This document shows, piece by piece, positions 43,517 through 56,102 of a stretch of DNA of 64,000 nt. The position numbers were made by a program, and so were the translations under genes. The stretch covers positions 2,467,984 to 2,531,983 of the forward strand of contig CAVNZM010000016.1 of assembly GCA_963693365.1 (NCBI GenBank), given 5' to 3'. Below the pieces are notes generated by a model. It was not told the origin of the DNA, did not search any database, and was given only the letters and a program-made list of their open reading frames with translations. Source of the stretch: Amoebidium appalachense. Taxonomy: Eukaryota > Protista > Ichthyosporea. Position 1 is the stretch's first letter. The number at the start of each line of letters is the position of its first letter.

Positions 43517-46362
43517 TTAGATCAGGGCGGCGACATCCAGCCACCACGCCCTGTGAGGGTCCGTCAACATTCCTTCCAGAACCCACTGGAAGTCCACCCT
43601 AGCAACTTGCAGCTGGAATTCCAGCGCCTGCATAACGGTGGCTTCTAATTGGTCGATCTCTGTCGGTGGGAGGCGCGATTGGAACGCCCACTCGCTGTTG
43701 CCAGGCGCAACATCCTGTTTATGCCGGTGTTACCAATGATGTGATCAATGGAGTGCGGAAGGAAAGAAGGAAAACCAACGAAAATGCTGAACGACTGACT
43801 CTCACTAAGGAACATTATAAAGGAAAAGAACTGAAAGTGCATGTTGAACAATTCCTCCATCTACTCTCTCCCACTTCCCTAGTCTATGTACTCGCTGGCA
43901 AACCGTTAATCATTGGCAGTGTCCCGTAGTCCGAGAAGACCACCACCACTCGCCCCCCCCCCCCCCCCCCCTCCCCCGCCTCCCCTTCCCCCCCCCCCAC
44001 ACCCACTCCTCCCCCCTCCCCCCTTCCCCCCCCCCCCCCCCCCCCAGGCACACACGAGCAGTGATGTGATCAGTTATCAAACGATAAATAACACAGATAA
44101 CACACGGAACTTATCACTGAAAAAAAAAAAGACAGATACAGCTGCAGCATGATTATTGAACAGGGCTAATCACTTGTTCATTTTGGGTAGTTCTAAACGA
44201 ATAATGACTTACCAGCTGTACCAACCAAAATGAAAACAGCAAATACAAATAGCAGTAAAATCAAACCATGAAAAAGCACACACCTGCATCAGATACTTTG
44301 CAGCCAGCATCAGGCACACAGTCAGCAGGCAGTGCCCGCACACCTTCTTGTCCTCCTCTGTTTTTGCCGCCGCCTTCAAATCCACCATACGGTGCGCATA
44401 CGCGAGAGCCAACGCCACAATCCCATTGGTCAATCTCATCCGACGGACCAATGAAAACCCGTACGCCGAGAGCGGCACCGAAAGAAGAAGCTTGGACGGA
44501 ACGTTCGAGAAAACGGCGGCGCCGCAGGTGACCGTGAACCTCCCGAAAAATGTCGAAAGGGGTCGGATGCGCTCGTTGAAGAACCCGTGAACCGTTCGCG
44601 GGAGGCTCGTGCGTCGCTGGGGAGCCCCTTCATAAAAGTTCTCGCTGCTTCTGGAGGGTTCCGGAATGTGTGTTTCCCTTCCGCTGTGTTCCAACGGTGT
44701 GCCGACGTCTGTAGATGGTAAGGGAGCATGCGGCGTCGTGGAAATATGCATTAGCACGTTGGACGTCGTTTGGGTCCTTTTCTGACCTCCCCCGGCCAGG
44801 CTGCTGATCACGCCCTGAAAATTGAACACATCCGAATCTCCAGTCCGTGGCGGCTCGGCGCCGCTGAAGTTTGGGGTTTTCGAGGTGGGGGCGGAGGGGG
44901 GTCCAAGCTCCAGGGAGACGAAAGTTTCGCGGGTAGAGGGCAGGCCCAGAGACGAAACGGTGCCCAGTTTGTTGCTGCTTTTTCGTTGGGCGGGCTGCTT
45001 GACAGCCGAAATTTCCTCTTGGACGAACACCGGCTTTGGGTTAATTCCGGACGTGGAAGAATTCCGGCGGCGCTGTTGCCATGATGGTCGTGGCGTCTGG
45101 CTGCTCGTCAAAGTACTGTTTGCAGGTTTTACACATTCGCTATTCCCCCTTGACAACGAAACAACATCCTTCCCGCCGTTTGAATTCGCCCCCGGGGAAT
45201 GGGCGGCGCCGGCTGCCGTTTCGCTCCGCCTTCTGAAGGATTGGCGCCGCCTTCGAGGACTCCGAGAGCGGCTGATTGGTTCTTCGTCGACATCATCACT
45301 TGTTGCCAGGCACTCCGCTGGGAGGGAATGTCTGTGGCGTGAAGTGATTTCCGCCGTATGCCCCAGGGCAGGAGATGAAGGTGTGACCAAAACACCTTCA
45401 GACTCGGGATTAAACGCCGAAATCTCGGTGGAGGAAGAGGAGGGGGATTTGTTCCCGCGGAAACTCCCGATGCGTTGGAAGATCGGGGATCGGAATATCG
45501 GCGAAAGTAGAGGAGACTTGTTGCCAGACGGCGTCCGGCCTTCATCGTTGTTGTTGTTGTTTCCCATAGAGGAAAAGATTGCAGGAAGTGATTCAGAACA
45601 CCGTTTGCGCGCAGTAGGGAACAGCCCGGGGCTCAGAGACGCTTTGGGCGATGGGAGCGGCGATAATTGGTCAAAATCGCGATCGGGAGAAATGGAAACA
45701 GAGCCGATGGGGTTGTGTGTTTTGGGTGAAAGAATAGGCTTTGGTGACTTGACAGGGCCGTCTGCCCATGCTGGTTTGGGTTGGGATTCCGCGGCAGCTT
45801 TATCTTCGGGTAAGTTTTCGGCAATGACGGTAACGATGTCGGGGTGTTCCTGACGGCTTACCTCAATGGAAACTCCACTACCCGGGTTTAAATTTCCGGT
45901 GGCGAGGGCGTCAAAAGAACCACAGTGACTGCTGCTGCTGAAAACGAAGGAATCATCCCCGACCACCCCATCCGCCGGGGCGCGTTTCTTTAGCCTTTTC
46001 ATGTATGAGCGTGGTGCAGGTTGCTTGCAACTGCCTGTCTTCGAATCCAAATTCGGGTGCGCGTGGTGATTATTCTCATCATGGTTGGGGTGCAAGGGGA
46101 TGCAAGGCTGGGTGCACACCAATGCGTACGGGTCGGAATCACGCACGAGTATTTGCAGGTTTGTCTCTGTTACAGTACAATGTTGTGCATATTTGGACTC
46201 GAGCAAAGGTAGAGCAACATGTTCTTGGGAGCCTTCCAACGATTGTGAATCCAGGGAGGCGGGATTTGCTTCGAACTCTTGACGACACGTGGGCGAGGAA
46301 ACACGTCGATTGCGTTCGTGGGAAGCCCCCAAACTGATGGGCACAATCATAGAGGCGAGCAT
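43517..46362 (-). CDS. Pho80/Pcl-type cyclin with long Ser/Pro-rich N-terminal region, 2 exons
   Basis: Exon 46362-44284 ends IVALALAYAHRM...LLTVCLMLAAKYLMQ; exon 43714-43517 continues DVAPGNSEWAFQSRLPPTEIDQLEATVMQALEFQL, completing the cyclin box. Confidence 0.85.
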
Positions 46363-47344
46363 GGCTGCGTGTCTGCGTATGTGGTGGGCGTGTGTAGATA
46401 TTCAATCAATAACTATTACTACTATGTATACTTAACTTAATTACAAATCGACTTCTGAATCAAGTAGTGGCGTGTGTATGCTACGTGTCACCGACGTGCT
46501 GACCAGTACCAATTAACAGACCTTATAATAACGGACGTCGACACGGATAGTGTGCTGGTTGTGACGCGTGGAGCTTCCACGCTGGCTATGTTAACGGTTG
46601 CGTTTTTTTTTTCTCTCTCTTTTTTTTTTTTGACAGTGTCAGAAACCAAGAACGTTAACGACAGAATTAATGTTTCCAAATATTACAGCTATCGATGATC
46701 CTGTTCTCACTATGTAGTTCTCTCACATTTGTGCACCATATCTGAATTACTGTGTGTGTGCGAGTACCGTAGCTATGTGAAGAACTTGAAAATACGTGTG
46801 TAGAATTCACATCAGCTTGTGTCAAGTAACCGTCTATCTAGCAATTCCCCTGGGTTTTCACGTGTGTGACATACCAGTGCTATCAGATATTGACACCTAA
46901 CGCCAACACAGGGTCCGTTAACATGGGTGACCATGGGCATATATATGCGTGGTGTGGTGGGCAATGGATAGCTGAAACTCTCTAAAGCCTTAACGATCCC
47001 GCCATATTTCCTTCGAGTCATGTGCGTCCTAAGTCTGTAAAGGACACACAAGAACACAACGCAACAACTGCCCCAGTGATGTCTTGTTGCTGGCGTGGTG
47101 TACACACCCATGGTGCCACATACCAAGATTTTTACTTAGTATAAACTTGGAATGCGTCCTCCCAGATCTTCTGACAAACGGCTGCGAGTCTGTGCACTCT
47201 CCCTGTGGAGCCCGCGTGTTGTTCACTCTGTCATACTCACCATTCATTGCACCATTGAAAATATATCATCTGCGCATGCTTTTTAGGCCTATACCTTACA
47301 GCTTTGGTACTGATATGAACCCTTTTAGGTGGAGCGGTTCCGGT

Positions 47345-47383
47345 CAAGGCCTCCTAAATAGGTGTGCTATTTAGGAGGCCTTG
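47345..47383. mobile_element. 39-bp hAT-like remnant: 17-bp perfect TIRs with 8-bp TSD
   Basis: gttccggt|caaggcctcctaaatag-gtgtg-ctatttaggaggccttg|gttccggt. Confidence 0.7.
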
Positions 47384-48157
47384 GTTCCGGTACCTCATCT
47401 GATACTAGGTGGAGAATGTTATATCCCCCCAGTAGAAGTTGAATTTTAAAAATTTCGAACTCTTAAAAGTTTAAAGAAACAGTGGACTCAGTGGAGAGGG
47501 TTTTTTAGCATTTGATCCGTGTGAAACACAAACTTATATAAGAAAAGAGACTTTATATAATAGGCAGAAGTCTACCACCGGCAACAACCCACACCAGTCA
47601 ACGGATTCTATGTGAAAAAAATAGGTGAAAGGGGCGTAAAAACAGAAAATAAAATTGCGGTTTAGGAAGACCATTGCGTGATTGGTCATTTTATCTATCA
47701 CAACTCCTATTGGCTAATGTTATCAATGGAGGGCAGTACCTTGGTGATATGGTGTTCCCGCCTTCCTGAGGATACTTCCCGAGGGGTTTATGCACTTTGT
47801 ATTGCTGTGGACATCGTCAGGGCCCTCAGGGGCCCAGCCTCACTTGACGGCCTACTGCGTTTTCCAGCGCAGCCAATCAAATGCAGCTAGTGACTTATGT
47901 ACACTGTATGTAACACGTACTGACGTGTTGGCGCACGTGCGACGTTATATGTACATCTACTTCAGGTCCCTTTTTGCAAAAAAAAAAAAAAAAAAAAAAA
48001 AGAAAGAAAGAAAGGAGCCACCGCCTCAGTAGGTGGTAGGCAATAAGACAAACCCTAGTATAGATTATGGATAAGCAGAAGCTAGCATTGGTAGCTCCGA
48101 GAGAAAGTTAAGACACCGTATCACGATATCATACTGTGCAGCATTAATAAAGTGATC

Positions 48158-48263
48158 TAACACGGTCATTTTATAACGGATATACTGGGGGAGAGAAGTA
48201 GAAAAGAGAATAACACGGTCATTTTATAACGGATATACTGGGGGAGAGAAGTAGAAAAGAGAA
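48158..48263. repeat. Perfect 53-bp tandem duplication
   Basis: taacacggtcattttataacggatatactgggggagagaagtagaaaagagaa x2. Confidence 0.95.
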
Positions 48264-48396
48264 TAAAGCCGCCCATAACCTCCGGTTCTACCACATTAGG
48301 GCCTGTTTGGCAGCACCCCAATAATCGTATTCGTATATTCGTATTTAGGCCCTAAATACGATCGGGGTTTACGCTGTTTACTCGAGGCAAAGAGAA

Positions 48397-48559
48397 CCAG
48401 TCTCAGGTATGGGGGGGGGGGGGTTTGCTCGGAATATCCCCTCAGCGGTATATCATGATCACGTACATAGATGTCGGGTGGTGACTATATATCAGGGTTT
48501 ACTTTCTCTACGAGACACCATAAAGACTACAAGGAGAAATCAATTAGTTGGGGTTCCCC

Positions 48560-48602
<43 letters not shown>

Positions 48603-48634
48603 GGGCTCCCCTCGGGACACTCGGTATCAGCTGG

Positions 48635-48679
<45 letters not shown>

Positions 48680-51600
48680 GTGTGTGTGTGTGCGCGTGCG
48701 CTATAATTTTGTAGTGATGTGTTTCTCAAGCCAATCAATACATCTAATAAACAGGTCGTAGTTACGCGTGTTTAGTATAAAATCAAGGATGTTGTAATTT
48801 ACAGGTAGGCTATCTTTCTGGGTGTCTGTTGTGAATGTGACGTGTGTGTGTTGCGGTATTATGTGGTCTATCAAACTACATTTGGCGATACATGACCGGT
48901 TAAACTGGTGTGTGTGTGTGTTGTTTGGGCATGCAAATGATGCCACCTTATACTTATTAGATCTCCACTGTATAGCACGTGTACAGTAAAAGCGTGGTAA
49001 TTGATCAATAATACCATCAGCTAGAGAAAGACCAGTTCTACAGGAAGGTAATATGTATTTAGGTGTTATACACTTGCGAGTGCCATATTTGGCAATATGG
49101 TTGAGGCGGTCAGTATATATAAAACGAGACATAAGGCTTAGTTTTTCAAGGTGTATGCTTTCATCGGGTCTAGTGTCGTGTGGTATCTTTTTCCATTTGT
49201 TATATTGCGTGATTATCTTGTGATTGTGTACATGTTTAATAAGTAAGTGGCAGTCCAAAGTCACACACACACTATTGCGGGGTTTATTTGTATTTGTGCC
49301 CAGGGGAGAAGGGGAGAGAGAGGGGAGGAAAGAGGGGAGAGGTGAGGAGGGGACAGGTCGGATAGAGAAGAGAGGGTGGGAGGGCAAATACTTCTTTAAG
49401 CGGCTTATGTGCTTATTGAATTTCAGCGCGAGATAGGATACTCTAGCAGCTATTGGGACCAGACCATATATCGAGAGCGTTACAGGCCCAGGTTTACAAC
49501 AGTTGTTAGATAGAAAGGAGGCAACTTCTGCTTCAAGGAAATTTGCCAAGGGTTTAAGCGCTCTAGTTCTCTCTTTCTTGATCCAAGCGGCGAGAAGGGG
49601 TAAACCATATTCACATGCCGGGAAGACAAAAGTGCGAATAAATGTAAGTCTAATAGAAGGATGGAGGGGTGTGTCTTTAAAAATATTAGCCGAGAAGAAA
49701 GCTAACCGCTTACGAGCCAACTCTACCCTCTTTTCGACCATATGGGGAAACATAACACCAACAGAATCAACCGGAACACCAAGATATTTGTATTCTGGAA
49801 CTATAGGTACAGGTTTAGATGATAATGTAAATGTGTGTAAATTGTTAGCTATATCAGGTACAAGAACACCACATTTGTCTATGTTAAGGATCATAAGGTT
49901 TGCCTTGCACCACTCTGACACTACATCGAACAATCTTTGCAGGCGTCTAGGGGTACGGGCAAGGAGGGACAGATCATCAGCATAGAGAAGTGCAGGCGGA
50001 AAGTTATTAATAGGGTCATCGTTTTCGGCGTAAATCTTGACAGCCAAATCATCTATAAATAGGTTAAACAAAAAGGGGCTAAGCAATGAACCCTGCAAGA
50101 GACCTCTAGTACGAGCAAAACCATATGAAAGATGCCCATTAACCACAGCTCTACCATAGGTTTGAGACAAGAGTGCTTCTAACAGAACACCAATGCAGTG
50201 TGGTACACCCCGTGCAGCAAGCTTTTCCCATAGGAGACCAGGGGAGACAGAATCGTAAGCAGTTTTCCAATCAATAAAGCCAACATATTGTGCACCAACT
50301 TGCATAGAATCGTGCAGTGCCATTATTTGAACATAACATGAATTGTTTTTACGAAAAGCGGATTGGCATGGGTGTATGTGAAGAATAGATTGAAACCTAG
50401 GGTGATGTGCAAATAACCTAAGTAAGCAAGCTTCAAAGAATCTACGAACAACCTGGGTTAGTGTAATGGGGCGAAAGGATGATATGGGGCCCTCAGAGTC
50501 CTTCTTAACTATGGGGATCACTAAGGTATCTAACCAAGATGACGGGACATGTCCACATTTAACACACCAAGAAAAGAGAGAGCTTAACATGATAGTAAGA
50601 TCAGGTTTAATAGCACGATCACTTTCCTTTTGTGGGTAGGAGGGAACAAGGATTTTAAGAAACCCAGCAGGGAGTCCATCAGGTCCACAAGACTTACTAG
50701 AGCTATAACTAGATATCACAGACCATATGGCATCGGGACTGAAAAAGGGGAGGATCGATTCTATGGGGATAGATGGGTCTACAGGCCACACAATAGGTTT
50801 CTGAGCGGGGGTCCTATCTTTAAACAGTTCCGAGAAATACTTATCAGAGTCTATGAGGGGGTCTCCAGTGGTATCACCAATAATACGAGCAGGGGGGCCA
50901 AATCGATTCATACTAGCAAGCCGGCGCAAGCTTTCCTTTTGAGACAGGGGTTCACCTAGTCTAGCGGGAGTGGTGTTTGGTAACAAGAGAGCATCGGGGT
51001 ATTCCTTCCTACCACCGCCAGCATAATCACCGAGATCTATCAAATCATCAACAATAAAGTTAGTGCATGTATCTAGTACGAGATGTGAATCTGGCCTGGC
51101 TTGTGCAGATTCTAATAGGCGCATATATATAGGGTGTTTCGTAGCATAGCATACACATACATCAACTCTACCCCACTGTGACTTAAGCTGGGATAGACGG
51201 AGGCGAAAGGTGGGAGGGGGAGGGGGGAGCAGATCAAGGGAGATCTTAGGTAGGAAAAGGATAGGAGAGTGGTCAGATGACCTAGAGAGGTTAGGAGGGA
51301 GAGAGAGTTTTGACATGGTTGATGGCCAAAAGGCCACTCCCCAGTCGGTGTTGTGGGCATGGGATATTTGAGGGAACCGCAAAGTGTGACTTTGGACATA
51401 CCTTGCTAAAGGGATAGCACGCTCCGGGGGCTTAGATGGGTACCCGACACTCACTTGCAGTGTGTCTGTGTGGTGGAGTCGCGTGTTAAAATCACCTAAA
51501 ATAACAGTGGACATTGGTAACTGTGACAACTCGTGAGTCAATTCGACAACCGACATAGATGGTGGGTAATATACAAAAGTAAAAACATTAGAAAGAAACT

Positions 51601-52084
51601 CTATAGAAACCGAGAATTCCGTTTTTGCTACCGGTTTGCACTTCACTCTCACGTGTGGTGCGGCAAGTACAATAATGCCTCGGTTTTTCGCGTAACCGGG
51701 GTGTGTGGATGTGTCGACCAATGTAGAGTTGAATTTGTGGTGGTTTTTAAACTGTGTTTCGCAAATCACTGTAAACGTGTGGTTGTTTGTCTGTTGTTGT
51801 ATGTAGCTGATTTTATCGTCGAGTGTCCCGGGGGGGAGGCCCTTTTGGGGGCCCAGTGTCCGAGCATTCCAGAAGAAGAAGGATAAATTAGGCATCGGTT
51901 TGGTCCGACACCTGTGGGGTTGGTTCCCACTTGTCGCTTACGGGGTCGTATGCACGACCTTCCGCCAGCGCGAACAGTTCGCAGAAGAGCTCGATTTCCA
52001 TCTCGCATCGGCGTTTGCGCTCGAGCAGTTTCTCACCAGAAAACATTGGTTCCTTCGTGTCCGTGTCTATCACGCTCGTAGCAT
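48397..52084 (-). mobile_element. Non-LTR retrotransposon, 3.7 kb, flanked by a 33-bp direct repeat (48364-48396, 52085-52117)
   Basis: Identical ggggtttacgctgtttactcgaggcaaagagaa on both sides of the APE-RT ORF. Confidence 0.9.
48701..51895 (-). CDS. APE endonuclease + reverse transcriptase polyprotein, 1064 aa, intact
   Basis: APE: FWNARTL, VICETQ, VYYPPS, VILGDFN, SDHSPI. RT: CGPDGLP, FRPITL, QSAFR, FIDWKTAYDSV, GLLQGSLLSPFLFNLFIDDL, LYADD, YKYLGV. C-terminal Cys/His cluster. Confidence 0.97.
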   Translation of the reverse strand: MPNLSFFFWNARTLGPQKGLPPGTLDDKISYIQQQTNNHTFTVICETQFKNHHKFNSTLVDTSTHPGYAKNRGIIVLAAPHVRVKCKPVAKTEFSVSIEFLSNVFTFVYYPPSMSVVELTHELSQLPMSTVILGDFNTRLHHTDTLQVSVGYPSKPPERAIPLARYVQSHTLRFPQISHAHNTDWGVAFWPSTMSKLSLPPNLSRSSDHSPILFLPKISLDLLPPPPPTFRLRLSQLKSQWGRVDVCVCYATKHPIYMRLLESAQARPDSHLVLDTCTNFIVDDLIDLGDYAGGGRKEYPDALLLPNTTPARLGEPLSQKESLRRLASMNRFGPPARIIGDTTGDPLIDSDKYFSELFKDRTPAQKPIVWPVDPSIPIESILPFFSPDAIWSVISSYSSSKSCGPDGLPAGFLKILVPSYPQKESDRAIKPDLTIMLSSLFSWCVKCGHVPSSWLDTLVIPIVKKDSEGPISSFRPITLTQVVRRFFEACLLRLFAHHPRFQSILHIHPCQSAFRKNNSCYVQIMALHDSMQVGAQYVGFIDWKTAYDSVSPGLLWEKLAARGVPHCIGVLLEALLSQTYGRAVVNGHLSYGFARTRGLLQGSLLSPFLFNLFIDDLAVKIYAENDDPINNFPPALLYADDLSLLARTPRRLQRLFDVVSEWCKANLMILNIDKCGVLVPDIANNLHTFTLSSKPVPIVPEYKYLGVPVDSVGVMFPHMVEKRVELARKRLAFFSANIFKDTPLHPSIRLTFIRTFVFPACEYGLPLLAAWIKKERTRALKPLANFLEAEVASFLSNNCCKPGPVTLSIYGLVPIAARVSYLALKFNKHISRLKKYLPSHPLFSIRPVPSSPLPSFLPSLSPSPLGTNTNKPRNSVCVTLDCHLLIKHVHNHKIITQYNKWKKIPHDTRPDESIHLEKLSLMSRFIYTDRLNHIAKYGTRKCITPKYILPSCRTGLSLADGIIDQLPRFYCTRAIQWRSNKYKVASFACPNNTHTHQFNRSCIAKCSLIDHIIPQHTHVTFTTDTQKDSLPVNYNILDFILNTRNYDLFIRCIDWLEKHITTKL

Positions 52085-52126
52085 GGGGTTTACGCTGTTT
52101 ACTCGAGGCAAAGAGAAAAAAAGATT

Positions 52127-52208
52127 CGATGCCGGCAGGACTCGAACCTGCGCGGGCATAGCCCAATAGATTTCTAGTCTATCGCCTTAACCGCTCGGCC
52201 ACGGCATC
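52127..52208 (-). tRNA. tRNA-Ser(AGA)
   Basis: GATGCCG/CGGCATC acceptor stem, anticodon arm ATAGA-CT AGA AA-TCTAT, long variable arm, GGTTCGAGTCC, T7 terminator at 52116-52122. Confidence 0.96.
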
Positions 52209-52904
52209 TGATACATATCCCTTTTTTACACAAATCCCTGGAGCATTAATGGGTAACGTTGAGGTCCCTACACCACTACCTCTGCCTCGCAACATGGGCC
52301 TGAGTTCCCGAAGCAATTTCGACTTCCTGAAAGTAAGACCAATGTCTCCAATATCACGGCCCTCTATATAGAGTGTACTGATAGTCTTACATCAGATACC
52401 CTTACTTGTGCCATCCTGAAAGTGACCCGGTTCGGGAGTTCCTGAACGCAGCTGCAGCCCGCAACAGGCTTACAATATCGAACCCCGCCCCGTGGGGAAG
52501 CGTTGGTACGAGACCAGAAGCGGCTATATCCGAAAAAAATGCACACTGTCCGCGGCGGGCCAACACGCGGAGAGCTAGCCACAAATGCAAACACTTGCAG
52601 GTGCAGCGATGTACCCCACACACTGGCCAACTAGCTGGCACGCACTGACGGTGCCTGGGCTGCTCTGAACTTGCCGTTGGCTGTGTGTGTAAGGAAAAAT
52701 ACGAGTCACCTCAGTAGGTGACAGGCCAACTAGAGGGCCATTTAAAGATGGGGCTGCTTGGCCAAAAAGCATTTGGCGGGCGGCCACGCCTGCGGCCTAA
52801 TCTGGGATGGGCGCTGGCTGTTTGTGAGCTTTGAACCGGCGAGTTCGGCTTCCAGGTATGCCTATAGCCTACCTAATGCGCGAGCTTCCTGGTGGTGGTG
52901 GTGG

Positions 52905-52938
<34 letters not shown>

Positions 52939-53050
52939 GGGGGGAGGGAGGGAGGGGAGATTGAAGAAGTGGCTTGGGAAGTTGGTTCGGGAGTGGGGGG
53001 GGGGGGGGGGGGGGGGGGGGGGAAGTGGCTCAGGAAGTTGGTTCAGGCCG

Positions 53051-53104
<54 letters not shown>

Positions 53105-53138
53105 CACACACTACACACGCGCACACGCACACACACAC

Positions 53139-53273
<135 letters not shown>

Positions 53274-54116
53274 CTCCGACTTGCAGCCTTCCCCCCCTCC
53301 CCCCTCTCCAAAAATTCGTATTGGGCTTTGCTAATCAAGTATTTAATTATGCATACTTTTTTCTATGCTCATACAATACAAACAACTGTAGTGCCTCTGT
53401 GTGTAACTCTCGTTTGCTGTTGTTTGCTGTGTAATTTGTAACCCCCCTTCCCCCCACCCCTCCCCCTCCCCCTCCCCCCCCCCCCCACACACACACAACA
53501 CACACACACAGATACCAGGCCCCTCACACGCCCAACCGGCCCTGCAACACGCAAATACACCCACACACAAAACACACATACAAAAACACAAACATACACA
53601 CACACACACACAACCACCTCTCCCTACCCCCCTTCCCCCAGGGTCGACATGCATGCGTGGAAAGAACTTCGCCAAACCAGACGATGCAGACTCCAATGTT
53701 GCACGCCCGGTTCACGTTCCTCGTGTGTGAGGAAAGGTGTCGGCTGTTGCAGTGCCTGAGCGTTTGTGCCTCAGCTGTACTAACCCGCGAGGCCGGCACC
53801 TCCGGCGACCCTGGAAGCTACAACGTACGGACAACAGCGGCAGCCCAGCAAGAGCATAGAAAACAGGCACCTAGGGGCACACCTCCGTGTGTTCGGGGAA
53901 GTGACTTCCTTATTTCCGTTAGTGAACCACAGTGACTTCTTCGCGCCGGCAAGTGGACGGTGGTCGAGAGCATTGTCACACAGACGATTGTCCACTCAAT
54001 GCTGGCCAATGGTGAGTGTAACTCAACCCTCAGTGCCTCTGTCACACACTACCAACAGCTTGAGTTGGTTACGAAAGCATTGTTTCAGCTCAATTGATGA
54101 TGTTTCACCTCACATA

Positions 54117-54148
<32 letters not shown>

Positions 54149-54184
54149 TTTCCCCCCAATGCACACATGCACACACTGGGGCGT

Positions 54185-54227
<43 letters not shown>

Positions 54228-54284
54228 TCACGCGCACGCGCGCACACACACACACACACACGCACGCACACACGCACGCACTAG

Positions 54285-54356
<72 letters not shown>

Positions 54357-54714
54357 GCCTCACCTGGCAATTCGAACACCCCCCATTGATGAATATTAAG
54401 GCTGATTTACCACCCATGCTCCCGCTCCCACCCCTATTCCTCCCCCCATCCCCCCCCTCCCCGTGCCCAATGGGCTACATGCCTTGCAAACTTACCAATC
54501 CACATTGTTAACGGTTACGCATTTGCACAGACACACACACACAGTGTCACACACACACACACAACACACCGCCACATGCACACACACACACACACACACA
54601 CCGGCACACACACAAACACCCGCGCACACACGGACACACACACTCACACACACACGCACACAACACACACACAAAACACACCGCAACATGCACTCGCACG
54701 CACACACACACACC

Positions 54715-54793
<79 letters not shown>

Positions 54794-54819
54794 CGCAAAC
54801 GCACACACACACACGCACG

Positions 54820-54893
<74 letters not shown>

Positions 54894-55681
54894 TGGAGGT
54901 TGTTGTGGACCGTGTGCTGGATCTGTATGACATCATGTGCCAAATGTGCCCTCAGTATTATATTATGATTTTGAGATGCCCCACTCTTTTTCGCTGGATC
55001 CTTCGTAGAATAGTTCCACCACCAGATTCCACCATACACCTACATATACCCACCCTAATCACCACCAACACCACACCCTACATTCCACCACCGTAGATGA
55101 ACCAATGAGAGCCCGTGTTTAAAGTTTATTTGTAGGTTTTGGGTGGATGGGAAGCCTGGTGCTAAGTGATGCTACCCACCGGTGAGGCTGAGGCGAAAAC
55201 CCTGGGCTAAGTGTATACGAATGGTTATGTTATGATTGGCATAGGTGTGTTAGCTTAGCTGATGCCCGGCACCATAGCACCCTAGCTATAGATTATAGTC
55301 GGTGCTGGGTGGAAGACGGTAGTTCCTCTAAGGGGGGAGTCTGAGGGTCCCTCCGATAACAAAACAAGATAAATTAAAAAAAAAAAGAAATAAAATTAGT
55401 AGGATAACCGGTGTGCATGGCCAGCAGACATGGGCATGGCCACGGTAGTGCCCCCTAGTGCAACCATTGTGTAGGTTGCATGTAAATGGGTTAGCTGCAG
55501 TTGCCGTAATGTACAGGCCCCTGTAGTATCTAGTAGCTACGACTTCTAGCGGTTTTTTCCCCTGCGTAAAGAAACAGGTACTTTGGGTTGTTTTCCTTAT
55601 GCATGGCCATGGGACTCAGGGGCTCAGACCTTTAAATTCTTCTTTCTTTCTTTTTCTTTCTTTCTTTATTTCTTTCTTTTC

Positions 55682-55714
<33 letters not shown>

Positions 55715-55876
55715 TGTTGGTGGTGGCGTTGGTGGCCCAGTAGTGGTGGTGGTGTTGGGTGTGTATGTGTGTGTGACACTGTGTATGTGTGTGTGCGTGT
55801 GTGTGTGTGTGTCACGGTGTGTACCTGTGTGCGTGTATGAATGTGTGACACTGTGTATATGCGTGTGCACATGTGC

Positions 55877-55925
<49 letters not shown>

Positions 55926-56009
55926 GGTGGTGGTGTTGGTGGTGGTGGTGTTAACCGTTGCCATATGCCCATGGTGGTCGGGGGCGGAAGTACACTGTGA
56001 GGGGGGGCT

Positions 56010-56043
<34 letters not shown>

Positions 56044-56068
56044 CCCCGAGTCCCGGGCGTTAAGGGCC

Positions 56069-56102
<34 letters not shown>

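Noticed and set aside
44822-45853. 343-aa plus-strand ORF
   Set aside because: Antisense shadow of the GC-rich cyclin exon.
51888-52166. 92-aa ORF running through the tRNA
   Set aside because: It starts inside the tRNA and crosses the TSD; only the part from the ATG at 52046 is plausible.
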